The notes under the pieces were generated by a model that saw nothing but the letters and a program-made list of their open reading frames with translations, was not told where the DNA came from and made no database searches. A DNA stretch of 32,000 bases from Clostridium collagenovorans DSM 3089 (GTDB lineage Bacteria > Bacillota > Clostridia > Clostridiales > Clostridiaceae), in assembly GCF_900130005.1 (NCBI RefSeq), contig NZ_FQXP01000005.1, forward strand, positions 313,746 through 345,745. The letters run 5' to 3'. Shown here one piece after another: positions 8,311-16,840 of the stretch. The translations under genes and the position numbers were made by a program. Numbering within the stretch: position 1 is the stretch's first letter; the number at the start of each line of letters is the position of its first letter.

Positions 8311-8501
8311 TTTTCAAAAAAACCTTAAGAATATACTATCTTAATTTACATCTGCTTATCTTCATTTTCTTACTATTTTTATATCAATTCTATTGTTGAC
8401 ACTTATATTTATCTTTTTCTTGAATTGCTTTATTCTTCCTTTTAATTTTCTATATTGTCGAAATTTTTTTTATTTATTTAAAGTTTTTTTTATTTATATG
8501 G

Positions 8502-8530
8502 TTGCATTTTTGATACCTCAGTGATATATT
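8502..8530 (+). promoter_or_regulatory. SigA-type promoter of the cadC-cadA operon
   Basis: TTGCAT (8502-8507), 17-nt spacer, TGaTATATT extended -10 (8522-8530). Confidence 0.6.
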
Positions 8531-8536
8531 AATAAT

Positions 8537-8562
8537 AACATATGAATAAATGCTCATATGTT
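8537..8562. promoter_or_regulatory. ArsR/SmtB-type operator (9-8-9 perfect inverted repeat)
   Basis: AACATATGA-ataaatgc-TCATATGTT sits immediately downstream of the -10, the typical position for a CadC/CzrA-type repressor. Confidence 0.65.
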
Positions 8563-8596
8563 TATATATCAACTTATTGTTATGGAGGGTTAATTT

Positions 8597-8971
8597 ATGG
8601 ATAGAACATCTTTAGATAAAGCTACTATGGAATATTGCAGTTGTACCACGATACATGAAAATATAGTAAATGATGTAAAAAAAGATATGCCTAATGAAGA
8701 AAAGCTTCAAAATATAGCAGATTTATTTAAGGTATTTGGGGACTCTACTAGAATTAAAATAATTTATGCCTTATTTAAATCTGAAATGTGTGTATGTGAT
8801 ATAGCATCTCTACTAGAGATGAATCAATCAGCTATCTCACATCAATTAAGAGTTTTAAAACAAGCAAGATTAGTTAAGTATAGACGTGATGGTAAAGTTG
8901 TATACTACTCTTTAGATGACGATCATATTAAAGGTATTTTTGATATGGCAGCTCATCATATTGACGAATAG
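8597..8971 (+). CDS. cadC: ArsR/SmtB family metal-sensing repressor (CadC/CzrA-like)
   Basis: FKVFGDSTRIKIIYAL...EMCVCDIASLLEMNQSAISHQLRVLKQARLV is a winged HTH carrying the CVC metal motif. It lies directly upstream of a P1B-ATPase gene. Confidence 0.85.
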   Translation: MDRTSLDKATMEYCSCTTIHENIVNDVKKDMPNEEKLQNIADLFKVFGDSTRIKIIYALFKSEMCVCDIASLLEMNQSAISHQLRVLKQARLVKYRRDGKVVYYSLDDDHIKGIFDMAAHHIDE

Positions 8972-8985
8972 TGAGGTGTTTGAAT

Positions 8986-11349
8986 ATGACTGAAAAAGAC
9001 AAAGTAAAAATCTCAAAACAAAATAAAATAGATAGTTCATCTTCTATTGATAAAAAGTTTATACCTTTAAATAAGGATATAGTACATTCTCATAATGAAG
9101 ATAACTGCAATTGTGGAGGTCATCACTCTGATCATGAGAATTCACCACACTCTCATGGTCATGAACATGGAGCTTGCAATTGCAGCTCTGATAATAAAAA
9201 ACCTTCAGAAAATAAAACTTTAAAAGAATCTTCATTAACTAAGCACTATATTTTGAAAGGTTTAGATTGTGCTAACTGTGCTGGAAAGATTGAACTTGGA
9301 GTTAATAATTTTCCTAATGTTGAAGAAGCTTTATTGAACTTCTCAACTTCAACTTTATCAGTAAAAGTTAAAAATAAATCTGCATTAAACACAGTAGAAA
9401 ATGATATAAAGGCTCTTGTGAATAAACTTGAACCTCATGTGTTAGTTATAGAAAAAGGTGATTATAATAAAAATCAATCTGAGGAACATGATGAAGGCTT
9501 TAAAGTTTCAAAAATCATCCCTACTGTAATTGGTACTATTATATTTGCCATTGCAATGCTTTTTAATTTTGATAGCAATGTAGAGTTCGTAATGTTCATG
9601 CTAAGTTATCTTTTAATTGGTGGAGATATACTTTTAAAGGCACTTAAGGGTATTCTTAAAGGGCAAGTTTTTGATGAAAACTTTTTAATGTCTATAGCCA
9701 CAATAGGAGCTGTATTTATAAAAGAATATCCTGAAGCCGTAGCTGTTATGTTATTCTACAAAGTTGGTGAAGCCTTCCAGGGTATTGCTGTTAATCGCTC
9801 TAGAAATTCTATTACTGCTTTAATGGACATACGTCCTGATAAAGCAAACTTAAAAATAAATAACGAAATAAAAGTAGTGTCTCCTGAGGAAGTTTCAATT
9901 GGAGATTTAATAATTGTTAAACCTGGTGAAAAAATTCCTCTAGATGGCGTAATAGTAGATGGTTCTACTATGTTAGATACTTCTGCTTTAACTGGTGAAT
10001 CTGTTCCACGTAAAGCTAATGTTGGAGATGATGTACTAAGTGGAAGCATTAATAAAAACTCTTTAATAACTTTAAAAGTTACTAAGGACTTTGCAGAGTC
10101 TACTGTTTCTAAAATACTAGACTTAGTTCAAAATGCTGGTTCTAAAAAAGCAAAAACTGAAAAGTTCATAAGTAAATTTGCAAGATACTATACTCCTATT
10201 GTAGTTTTCTCTGCTATAGCCTTAGCTCTTTTAGGTCCTGTAATTTTTAATGGTTCCTTTAATGACTGGCTACAAAGAGCACTTATATTCTTGGTAGTTT
10301 CTTGTCCATGTGCTTTAGTTATTTCTATACCTTTAGGTTTCTTTGGTGGTATAGGTTCAGCTTCTGCTAATGGAGTATTAGTTAAAGGTGGAAACTATTT
10401 AGAAGCTTTAAATGAAGTAGATACTATTGTTTTCGATAAAACTGGTACTTTAACTAAAGGTGTCTTTGAAGTTACTGAAGTTAACTTAGCTTCTGATGCT
10501 ACCTTAACTAAAGATGAACTTTTAAAATATGCAGCATATATCGAAAGTTTCTCAACTCACCCTATTGCAACATCTATAACTACTGCATATAAAGGTGAAA
10601 TAAATAAAAGTGTGATTTCTAATTATGAAGAAATTGCTGGACATGGTATAAAAGTTCTAATTGATAAAAAAGAAGCACTAGCTGGTAACTCTAAGCTAAT
10701 GGATAAATTCAATATAAAATATACTAAAAATGCTTCTATTGGAACTATAGTTTATATAGCCATCGATAATAAGTTTCAAGGTTCTTTAACAATATCTGAT
10801 ATGTTAAAAGACGATTCTATAAATGCTATTAAAGGATTTAAAGAAATAGGTATTAAACAAACTATAATGTTAACAGGTGATAATAAGGATGTTGCAAATG
10901 CTATAGGCTCTAAACTTGGCTTGGATAAAGTTTATTCAGAGCTATTACCTCAAAATAAGGTTGAAATCTTAGAAGAAGTTATAAACTCCAATAAGGATAT
11001 TGGTAAGGTTGCCTTTGTTGGTGATGGTGTAAATGATGCTCCTGTATTAGCTAGAGCTGATATCGGTATTGCTATGGGTGGTTTAGGCTCAGATGCAGCC
11101 ATTGAGGCAGCTGATATCGTTTTAATGACTGATGAGCCTTCTAAGATAATAAACGCTATAAAAATAGCTAAATACACTAAAAAAATAGTTACTCAAAACA
11201 TTATCTTTGCTTTAGCTATCAAAATAGGTGTATTGGTACTAAGTGCCTTTGGTTTATCTACTATGTGGGAAGCTATATTTGCTGATGTTGGAGTGTCAGT
11301 ACTTGCAATATTAAATGCCATGAGAGTATTAAAATATAAAGCTAAATAA
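8986..11349 (+). CDS. cadA: Heavy-metal (Cd/Zn/Co-type) translocating P1B-type ATPase
   Basis: I moved the start to ATG 8986, after GAGGTG. It has a His/Cys-rich N-terminal tail, an HMA domain GLDCANCAGKIE, and the CPC, DKTGTLT and GDGVNDAP motifs. Confidence 0.92.
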   Translation: MTEKDKVKISKQNKIDSSSSIDKKFIPLNKDIVHSHNEDNCNCGGHHSDHENSPHSHGHEHGACNCSSDNKKPSENKTLKESSLTKHYILKGLDCANCAGKIELGVNNFPNVEEALLNFSTSTLSVKVKNKSALNTVENDIKALVNKLEPHVLVIEKGDYNKNQSEEHDEGFKVSKIIPTVIGTIIFAIAMLFNFDSNVEFVMFMLSYLLIGGDILLKALKGILKGQVFDENFLMSIATIGAVFIKEYPEAVAVMLFYKVGEAFQGIAVNRSRNSITALMDIRPDKANLKINNEIKVVSPEEVSIGDLIIVKPGEKIPLDGVIVDGSTMLDTSALTGESVPRKANVGDDVLSGSINKNSLITLKVTKDFAESTVSKILDLVQNAGSKKAKTEKFISKFARYYTPIVVFSAIALALLGPVIFNGSFNDWLQRALIFLVVSCPCALVISIPLGFFGGIGSASANGVLVKGGNYLEALNEVDTIVFDKTGTLTKGVFEVTEVNLASDATLTKDELLKYAAYIESFSTHPIATSITTAYKGEINKSVISNYEEIAGHGIKVLIDKKEALAGNSKLMDKFNIKYTKNASIGTIVYIAIDNKFQGSLTISDMLKDDSINAIKGFKEIGIKQTIMLTGDNKDVANAIGSKLGLDKVYSELLPQNKVEILEEVINSNKDIGKVAFVGDGVNDAPVLARADIGIAMGGLGSDAAIEAADIVLMTDEPSKIINAIKIAKYTKKIVTQNIIFALAIKIGVLVLSAFGLSTMWEAIFADVGVSVLAILNAMRVLKYKAK

Positions 11350-11521
11350 TATAGCTAATATTTCTAAAAATGTTTATATAATTTTAGATATTAATAATAC
11401 TATATATCTTGCATTAAATAAACTTCATTAATATTTTATAGAACAAAAAAATTAATATATAATAAATTACGATTATGTAGATTTAATATTTCAAAGTATA
11501 TATTTAAAAGTTATTGTTTTA

Positions 11522-11564
11522 AAAGAACTAAGTTTTAGTTAAAGCTTAGTTCTTTTTTTATTTT
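11522..11564 (+). terminator. Intrinsic terminator about 170 nt downstream of cadA
   Basis: Perfect 11-bp stem aaagaactaag / cttagttcttt followed by a T-run. Confidence 0.65.
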
Positions 11565-11768
11565 ATCTTAACAATGTATACTTATTTTAATAATGGAAAA
11601 TACTCTTAATATAAATCATTAAACCTAAGTTATAAGTAAATAAGTACTTAAGTGCTTATTTCAGTTTCTTTACCACTATGTCTTTAATAAAAATCTTTAT
11701 TTAATACAAAGTTTAATCATAAGGTTTTAAGATTTGAAAGTTTATATATTAATTTAGGAGTGTGTACT

Positions 11769-11948
11769 ATGAATGGTATTGTATTAGATTTAAACTCTAC
11801 CTGTGCTGTAATTAACTTAACTAATGGCAGAGTAGTAGAAATGTCCTTAAATACCCTTCCCTTTAATCTTAAAATAGGCGATAAGGTAAATGTTGATACT
11901 TGTAGTCACAATGCACTAAGTAACAATAAAACTATGGATTTGTTTTAA
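11769..11948 (+). CDS. Small DUF3006/RsgI-N-like protein (59 aa)
   Basis: ATG 11769 lies 8 nt after TAGGAG. The pattern GIVLDLNSTCAVINLTNGRVVEMSLNTLPFNLKIGDKV resembles DUF3006. This rests on memory only. Confidence 0.5.
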   Translation: MNGIVLDLNSTCAVINLTNGRVVEMSLNTLPFNLKIGDKVNVDTCSHNALSNNKTMDLF

Positions 11949-11965
11949 ATATTGCTTCCCCATAA

Positions 11966-12013
11966 AAAAGGCTTGGATTAGAATTTTAATTATAATTCTA
12001 ATCCAAGCCTTTT
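11966..12013. terminator. Bidirectional terminator between the small gene and mrp
   Basis: About 20-bp perfect stem aaaaggcttggattagaatt / aattctaatccaagcctttt. Confidence 0.85.
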
Positions 12014-12023
12014 ACTTTAATTA

Positions 12024-12884
12024 TTACTTAATTATATTTACGGACTTATTAATGGCTTTATTTACACCTTCAAATAGCTCATCATAATTATGAGAATTTA
12101 GTACATACTCTTCTGCGTTTCCCTTTTCTAAACTTTCTACAAAGTCTAAATCAATCGGCATCTCACTTAGTAATTCTAATCCTAAGTACTCAGCTTGCTC
12201 CTTAGCACTCTTTTTACTAAATACTCTTATTCTTTCATCGCACTTTCCACAAGTAACATAAGACATATTTTCAACTACACCTAAAGTATTCATATTTAAT
12301 TTACTAGCCATAGTAACTAACTTCTTAACTATCATAGTTACCATGTCCTGTGGTGTAGATACCATAACCACTCCTGTAATAGGTGTGCTTTGCATTATTG
12401 TTAATGCTATGTCTCCAGTTCCAGGTGGCATATCAATTAATAAGTAATCTAATTCTCCCCAGACAGTATCCACATACATTTGATTTAAAACACCATTTAT
12501 AACAGGTCCTCTCCAAATTACTGGATCCTCTTCATTTTGTATTAATAAGTTTAAAGAAATAACCTTTATTCCAGTCTCACTTTCAACTGGAATAAACTTA
12601 ACCTCTTCACCCTCTGGCTGCATAATAGCTCTTTTATCATTTATTCCAAAGAATCTTGGCATTGATGGACCTGTTATGTCCGCATCTAATACACCAACAC
12701 TATGCCCTGCTTCTCTAAGTTTAGTTGCTAATATTCCTGTAACTGTAGATTTACCTACGCCACCTTTTCCACTCATAACAGCAATTATTTTTTTTATTTT
12801 CCCATGTTTAGGTAGCATAACTGTACATTTGCTTTCCTTTGTACAGCTTCCATTTTGTGAACAACTTGAACATTTATCGCTCAT
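12024..12884 (-). CDS. mrp: Mrp/NBP35 (ApbC) family P-loop ATPase, Fe-S cluster carrier
   Basis: Deviant Walker A box SGKGGVGKST. Cys-rich N-terminus. I moved the start to ATG 12884, behind AGGAGG, which removes the overlap with the upstream gene. Confidence 0.85.
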   Translation of the reverse strand: MSDKCSSCSQNGSCTKESKCTVMLPKHGKIKKIIAVMSGKGGVGKSTVTGILATKLREAGHSVGVLDADITGPSMPRFFGINDKRAIMQPEGEEVKFIPVESETGIKVISLNLLIQNEEDPVIWRGPVINGVLNQMYVDTVWGELDYLLIDMPPGTGDIALTIMQSTPITGVVMVSTPQDMVTMIVKKLVTMASKLNMNTLGVVENMSYVTCGKCDERIRVFSKKSAKEQAEYLGLELLSEMPIDLDFVESLEKGNAEEYVLNSHNYDELFEGVNKAINKSVNIIK

Positions 12885-12901
12885 TTTTTTCCTCCTATTT
12901 T

Positions 12902-13732
12902 CTAGAAGTCTTTTGGCTTCTCTGTGGTTATGCTTGTTTCCCAAGCACCTGATTTATTTTTACACCATACATAATAAACATGTTCCTTTAGTTTCTTATC
13001 CTTGGTAATAGATATCTTCGCCTTATAAACGTCCGTCTTATAACCCTCTGTTATAACATGAACTAAAGTATCATATTCTTTTCCTTCTTGGGCTAATTCA
13101 GCATTCTTAAACTCTTGTCTTAATAACTCGTTAAGTTTAACAAGCTCCGTTGATAAAATAAACTTAGATATACTCAAGTCCTCAGATATATCAACTCCAA
13201 CAGATCCTATTTGAATGTTGTCTGACTTTGCCTTAGCAAAATCCTCTTTCATAGTACTTATTATACTACCATGATAAACTTCTTCAAAGTATTTAGGTTT
13301 TCTTATGTTTGAAAAATGTTTTAGCACATCATTATCTAATCTTGAAGAAACTATATAACTTTTATCATCACCATAGAAGTTTGCACCATCATTTTTATCA
13401 ATACCTGCTATGTAGTTATACTTATGTACCTTTCCACCCTTTTCATATATCTCAAATATATAATCTGGTTCCAATGTACTTTTAGTACCAACTTCTTTTC
13501 CGGATGCTAAAATATCGTACATCTGCTTTATAGCAGCGACATCTGTTAAAACAAATTTAAATCCTTTGTCTCTATTACTTTGTATTACTATTTTCTTAGC
13601 ATTACCTTCTTTTATATATTCAAAGTCTTCATTTCTAAAACCAAGCTTTGTTTTAATTGTATCTGATACACTACACCCAGTCATGGACATAGCTATAGCT
13701 ATAGCTAGAAATATGGTAACTATCTTTTTCAT
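12902..13732 (-). CDS. Lipoprotein of unknown function
   Basis: Signal peptide MKKIVTIFLAIAIAMSMTGC with a lipobox Cys. No recognisable domain. Confidence 0.7.
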   Translation of the reverse strand: MKKIVTIFLAIAIAMSMTGCSVSDTIKTKLGFRNEDFEYIKEGNAKKIVIQSNRDKGFKFVLTDVAAIKQMYDILASGKEVGTKSTLEPDYIFEIYEKGGKVHKYNYIAGIDKNDGANFYGDDKSYIVSSRLDNDVLKHFSNIRKPKYFEEVYHGSIISTMKEDFAKAKSDNIQIGSVGVDISEDLSISKFILSTELVKLNELLRQEFKNAELAQEGKEYDTLVHVITEGYKTDVYKAKISITKDKKLKEHVYYVWCKNKSGAWETSITTEKPKDF

Positions 13733-13756
13733 TACTCAATTATCCTCCACTACTAA

Positions 13757-14512
13757 TTACTCTTTTTTTCTTAGTTTGTGCATATTATATAAGCCAATAC
13801 CAAAAATCAAAGTAAAAATAGCTATAAATTGTGATGTAGATAAAATTCCTACATTTCCTCTTGGATCAACCCTAAAGAATTCAACTATAAATCTACCAAC
13901 ACTATATACAATAAAATATAAACCAGTAAGTTGGCCTTCTTCATGCTTTTTATTTTTATCATACCATAATAAAAATATAGCTAAAAGAAAATCAAATACA
14001 GCAGAATATATTTGTGTTGGATGTCTATGAACTCCAGCTGATACAAAAGGTGAATTTTTAAATTCAATTCCTATTGGCAAAGTCGTAGGTGCACCATAAC
14101 AGCATCCTGCAAGCAAGCAACCTATTCTTCCAAATCCCTGTGCAAGTGGTATACTTGGTACAACTAAATCAAATACTCCAAGAGTACTCCATTTTTGTTT
14201 TCTACAATAAAGCCATATAGCTAAGGCTCCACCAATTATAGCTCCATATATAACAAAACCGTAACCTATTTTCTCCAAAGTAAAAGGTGTACTTATAAAT
14301 TCTTTAAAGTCCGTTATTATATATAATACCTTTCCACCTAAAACTCCAGAAATAATAGCTATTATAGTCATATTCCAAATCTTATCTTCATCATATCCAT
14401 AATTAGTTCTTCTTTTCTCTAGTAAAAATACAGCAGCAATAATACCTATTGCTATCATCAACCCATATCCTTTAACACTTATCCCAAATATTTCGAATAA
14501 TTCTGGCCTCAT
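13757..14512 (-). CDS. lgt: Prolipoprotein diacylglyceryl transferase
   Basis: The multi-TM protein carries GRIGCLLAGCCYG and HPTQIYS motifs. I moved the start to ATG 14512, after AGGAGTGAGAG. Confidence 0.9.
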   Translation of the reverse strand: MRPELFEIFGISVKGYGLMIAIGIIAAVFLLEKRRTNYGYDEDKIWNMTIIAIISGVLGGKVLYIITDFKEFISTPFTLEKIGYGFVIYGAIIGGALAIWLYCRKQKWSTLGVFDLVVPSIPLAQGFGRIGCLLAGCCYGAPTTLPIGIEFKNSPFVSAGVHRHPTQIYSAVFDFLLAIFLLWYDKNKKHEEGQLTGLYFIVYSVGRFIVEFFRVDPRGNVGILSTSQFIAIFTLIFGIGLYNMHKLRKKE

Positions 14513-14591
14513 TCTCTCACTCCTATTCAATGAAAATAATAGACTACTTCACCTTAATTCCATCTACTTATATTATATTTTATTTTAAATC

Positions 14592-14625
14592 CCATAAACA
14601 ACAAAAGAAGCCTAAAGCTTCTTTT
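14592..14625 (-). terminator. Intrinsic terminator after the 165-aa gene
   Basis: 9-bp stem aaaagaagc / gcttctttt followed by ttgttgttt on the minus strand. Confidence 0.6.
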
Positions 14626-14688
14626 ATTCTAAAATATTCTTGTTTAAATTATAATACTTATGGAGTGTTAAAGCAAACATATTACTAA

Positions 14689-15186
14689 CTATTCATTGTA
14701 TTTTAAAGATTTTAAAACTGAGTTAATTTGCTTTGAAACATCTTTTTCACTCATCTTTTTGTCATAGTTAAAAACTACCTTAACTAAAATCTCATTTTTT
14801 TCTATGCAATATTTTTTTGATATGTTCCCATTTAGAGTAACAGGCTCTTCATTTTTTTCTAAAAACCTGTCCATGTCATTTGGTATGTTCTTAACAGTGA
14901 TTACGCCAGTTATGTTTTTATCTTGAGAAGTAATTTGAGCTTCGTACAAAGTATCCTCCACCTTACTAGTTAACTCCTCTATGTTCCACGTACTTGGTAT
15001 TGAAAATACAAGTTTATCATTTAATACTGATTTATATGTTGCTGTCGTTCCTTTGGTTACTTGAGCAAATGACGCTTCCTGCAATCTATTATGCAGTGCA
15101 AATTCCATGGCAAATAACATAACCATAAATGCAGCTAAACACACTATGGTACCTGCCTTTTTTCTATCTACTACTATTATTTTCAT
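14689..15186 (-). CDS. Membrane-anchored protein of unknown function (165 aa)
   Basis: A single N-terminal TM segment (GTIVCLAAFMVMLFAM). GGGGGA RBS. No family recognised. Confidence 0.6.
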   Translation of the reverse strand: MKIIVVDRKKAGTIVCLAAFMVMLFAMEFALHNRLQEASFAQVTKGTTATYKSVLNDKLVFSIPSTWNIEELTSKVEDTLYEAQITSQDKNITGVITVKNIPNDMDRFLEKNEEPVTLNGNISKKYCIEKNEILVKVVFNYDKKMSEKDVSKQINSVLKSLKYNE

Positions 15187-15261
15187 TTAAATCAATCCCC
15201 CTTATGATTCAAGTCACTTACTACAATATATGCTACATATATTAATTTATTCTAAGTTTCT

Positions 15262-15305
15262 CTATAAAATAAAAAAGCCCCCTTAGCAAAATAACTAAGA
15301 AGGCT
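15262..15305 (-). terminator. Intrinsic terminator of the 425-aa gene
   Basis: The minus strand reads agccttcttag-ttattttg-ctaagggggct followed by tttttattttat. Confidence 0.65.
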
Positions 15306-15445
15306 TAAGTTCGCCTAACTAAATCAAAGATTTAGAGGACTCATATGAAACTCCGACTCATTCCATTCGTAGGAGTAAGTTCGCCTAACTAAATCAAAGA
15401 TTTAGAGGACCAATAAGAAACTCACTGGGATTACAACTGTTGAGT
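15306..15445 (-). repeat. 70-bp tandem duplication (2 units) spanning the CDS 3' end and its 3' UTR hairpin
   Basis: 15306-15340 and 15376-15410 are identical over 35 bp. The next 23 bp match at 19 of 23 positions, and similarity then decays. Each unit contains the hairpin ctaaatc-aaa-gatttag. Confidence 0.85.
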
Positions 15446-16679
15446 TTTTGTAATCGTAGAACATTACCCAGTATCCATGATCATGTTTACCTTTGCATGG
15501 TATCCATGTAACAAATCCTGTTTTACCTCCAAATGGTTGATCTTCTTTGCTTCTACCACCTGGAATACCGTATACTAGATATTTCAATTTATTATTTTTG
15601 TCCATCTTCATTCCAAATATAAAATGTCCATGTTTAGTTATATAAGAATGATAACATGCCATTGGATAGTATAATACAACATGCTTATCATAGTTACACA
15701 TGTTGTGTAATTCTTCTATATCCTTAACAGCAACCTTTTTCCACTTGCAATTATGAATTTCTTCTTCTAACTCAACGAAGTCTTCACAATCTTCTACAAT
15801 ACCTCTAAAGTACTGTCCTGTAACCCCTACAGGTGCTTCTTCATCTTCTTCATAATACTCTTCTTCTCCTGAGTAATCATACTCATATAAGTCAAGCTTA
15901 TCATCTTCTGAACTATCAGCATCTGATTTAGATCTTTCCATGTCTACTATAGCATTAGATTCAGTTAAACTTTCTGACTCTATCTCACACTCTTCATCAT
16001 GAATTGATTCTACTTCTACAACATCATCCTCATTTGAACTTTCTGCTGCTTTGACCTTTTCATTATTACTTTCTTCTCTCACCTTTGATTCTTCATCACA
16101 ATTATTAAGTTCTGAATTTGAAACTTCTTTTTGATCTTGCTCAATACTTACATCAGCTTTTTCTGCTCTACTCTTACTCTTGCTCATTTCTATTCTTTCT
16201 TCATAAGAATCAAACATATTTACTGCTGCTCTAGTATCACCCTTTTGACTCATTACAAGCTCATAATTTTGCCATCCCTTTGGTGGAATAGATGCATTAA
16301 ATCCAGACATTATTCCTATGACATTGTTATCAACCAACTTAACGATGGCTGCACCTGTAACCTTCTCCATACTTATACCTGTTCCAGATATATTTTCTGA
16401 ATCATAATCATTAGAAACTTCAATTTTTCCGGAATCATCAAAGCTTAATTTCCCAAGATTCACTATTTTCTTATTATCATTATCCGCACATACTAATGCC
16501 ATATAATATGGCTGCATTTTTGGATTTATGTTCTGTACATAATAAGAAACCTTACATTTTCCATGATTCTTTTCAAGCTTAACGTAACCTGATGGTGTTT
16601 TATCTCTATCTAATGTATATCCTCTCTCTTCTTCCTGTAAAATTATAAAGAATCTAGAGTAATTTTTTTTAGGTGTCAA
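15402..16679 (-). CDS. Two-domain protein of unknown function with a long acidic low-complexity linker (425 aa)
   Basis: The TTG start lies 6 nt after AGGAGGG. The ORF is long and uninterrupted, with an N-terminal domain of about 160 aa, a D/E/S-rich linker of about 120 aa, and a Cys/His/aromatic-rich C-terminal domain. Confidence 0.75.
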   Translation of the reverse strand: MTPKKNYSRFFIILQEEERGYTLDRDKTPSGYVKLEKNHGKCKVSYYVQNINPKMQPYYMALVCADNDNKKIVNLGKLSFDDSGKIEVSNDYDSENISGTGISMEKVTGAAIVKLVDNNVIGIMSGFNASIPPKGWQNYELVMSQKGDTRAAVNMFDSYEERIEMSKSKSRAEKADVSIEQDQKEVSNSELNNCDEESKVREESNNEKVKAAESSNEDDVVEVESIHDEECEIESESLTESNAIVDMERSKSDADSSEDDKLDLYEYDYSGEEEYYEEDEEAPVGVTGQYFRGIVEDCEDFVELEEEIHNCKWKKVAVKDIEELHNMCNYDKHVVLYYPMACYHSYITKHGHFIFGMKMDKNNKLKYLVYGIPGGRSKEDQPFGGKTGFVTWIPCKGKHDHGYWVMFYDYKNSTVVIPVSFLLVL

Positions 16680-16707
16680 TATAGTCCCTCCTAATACTTA
16701 TTCCTTA

Positions 16708-16734
16708 TAATATATGAGTAGAATTTTCAAAAGT
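16708..16734 (-). promoter_or_regulatory. Weak SigK-like promoter match (AC-N16-CATAtatTA) upstream of the 425-aa gene
   Basis: The minus strand reads cAC-16 nt-CATATATTA about 27 nt before the start codon. The motif carries little information in AT-rich DNA. Confidence 0.2.
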
Positions 16735-16763
16735 GAACAAATAAATGAATTTTATTTATATAA

Positions 16764-16799
16764 ATAAAAAAGTCACTAATATTATATTTATTAGTGACT
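16764..16799 (-). terminator. Intrinsic terminator after rsmA
   Basis: 11-bp stem agtcactaata / tattagtgact followed by ttttttattt on the minus strand. Confidence 0.8.
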
Positions 16800-16840
16800 G
16801 ATAATATGTTTACTTTCTAACATTTTCCAAAGTATATTTC

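Noticed and set aside
8326-8341. Second NrdR box (taagaatatactatct) upstream of the nrdD promoter
   Set aside because: It matches the consensus at only about 10 of 16 positions. It lies about 67 bp from the first box, which is not the usual spacing, and it cannot be told apart from the AT-rich background.
15306-15410. Mini CRISPR array (35-bp repeat, 35-bp spacer, 35-bp repeat, with a hairpin in the repeat)
   Set aside because: Only two repeat copies are present. The so-called spacer and the flank are themselves homologous (70-bp tandem duplication). One copy overlaps the stop codon of a gene, and the window has no cas genes or leader.
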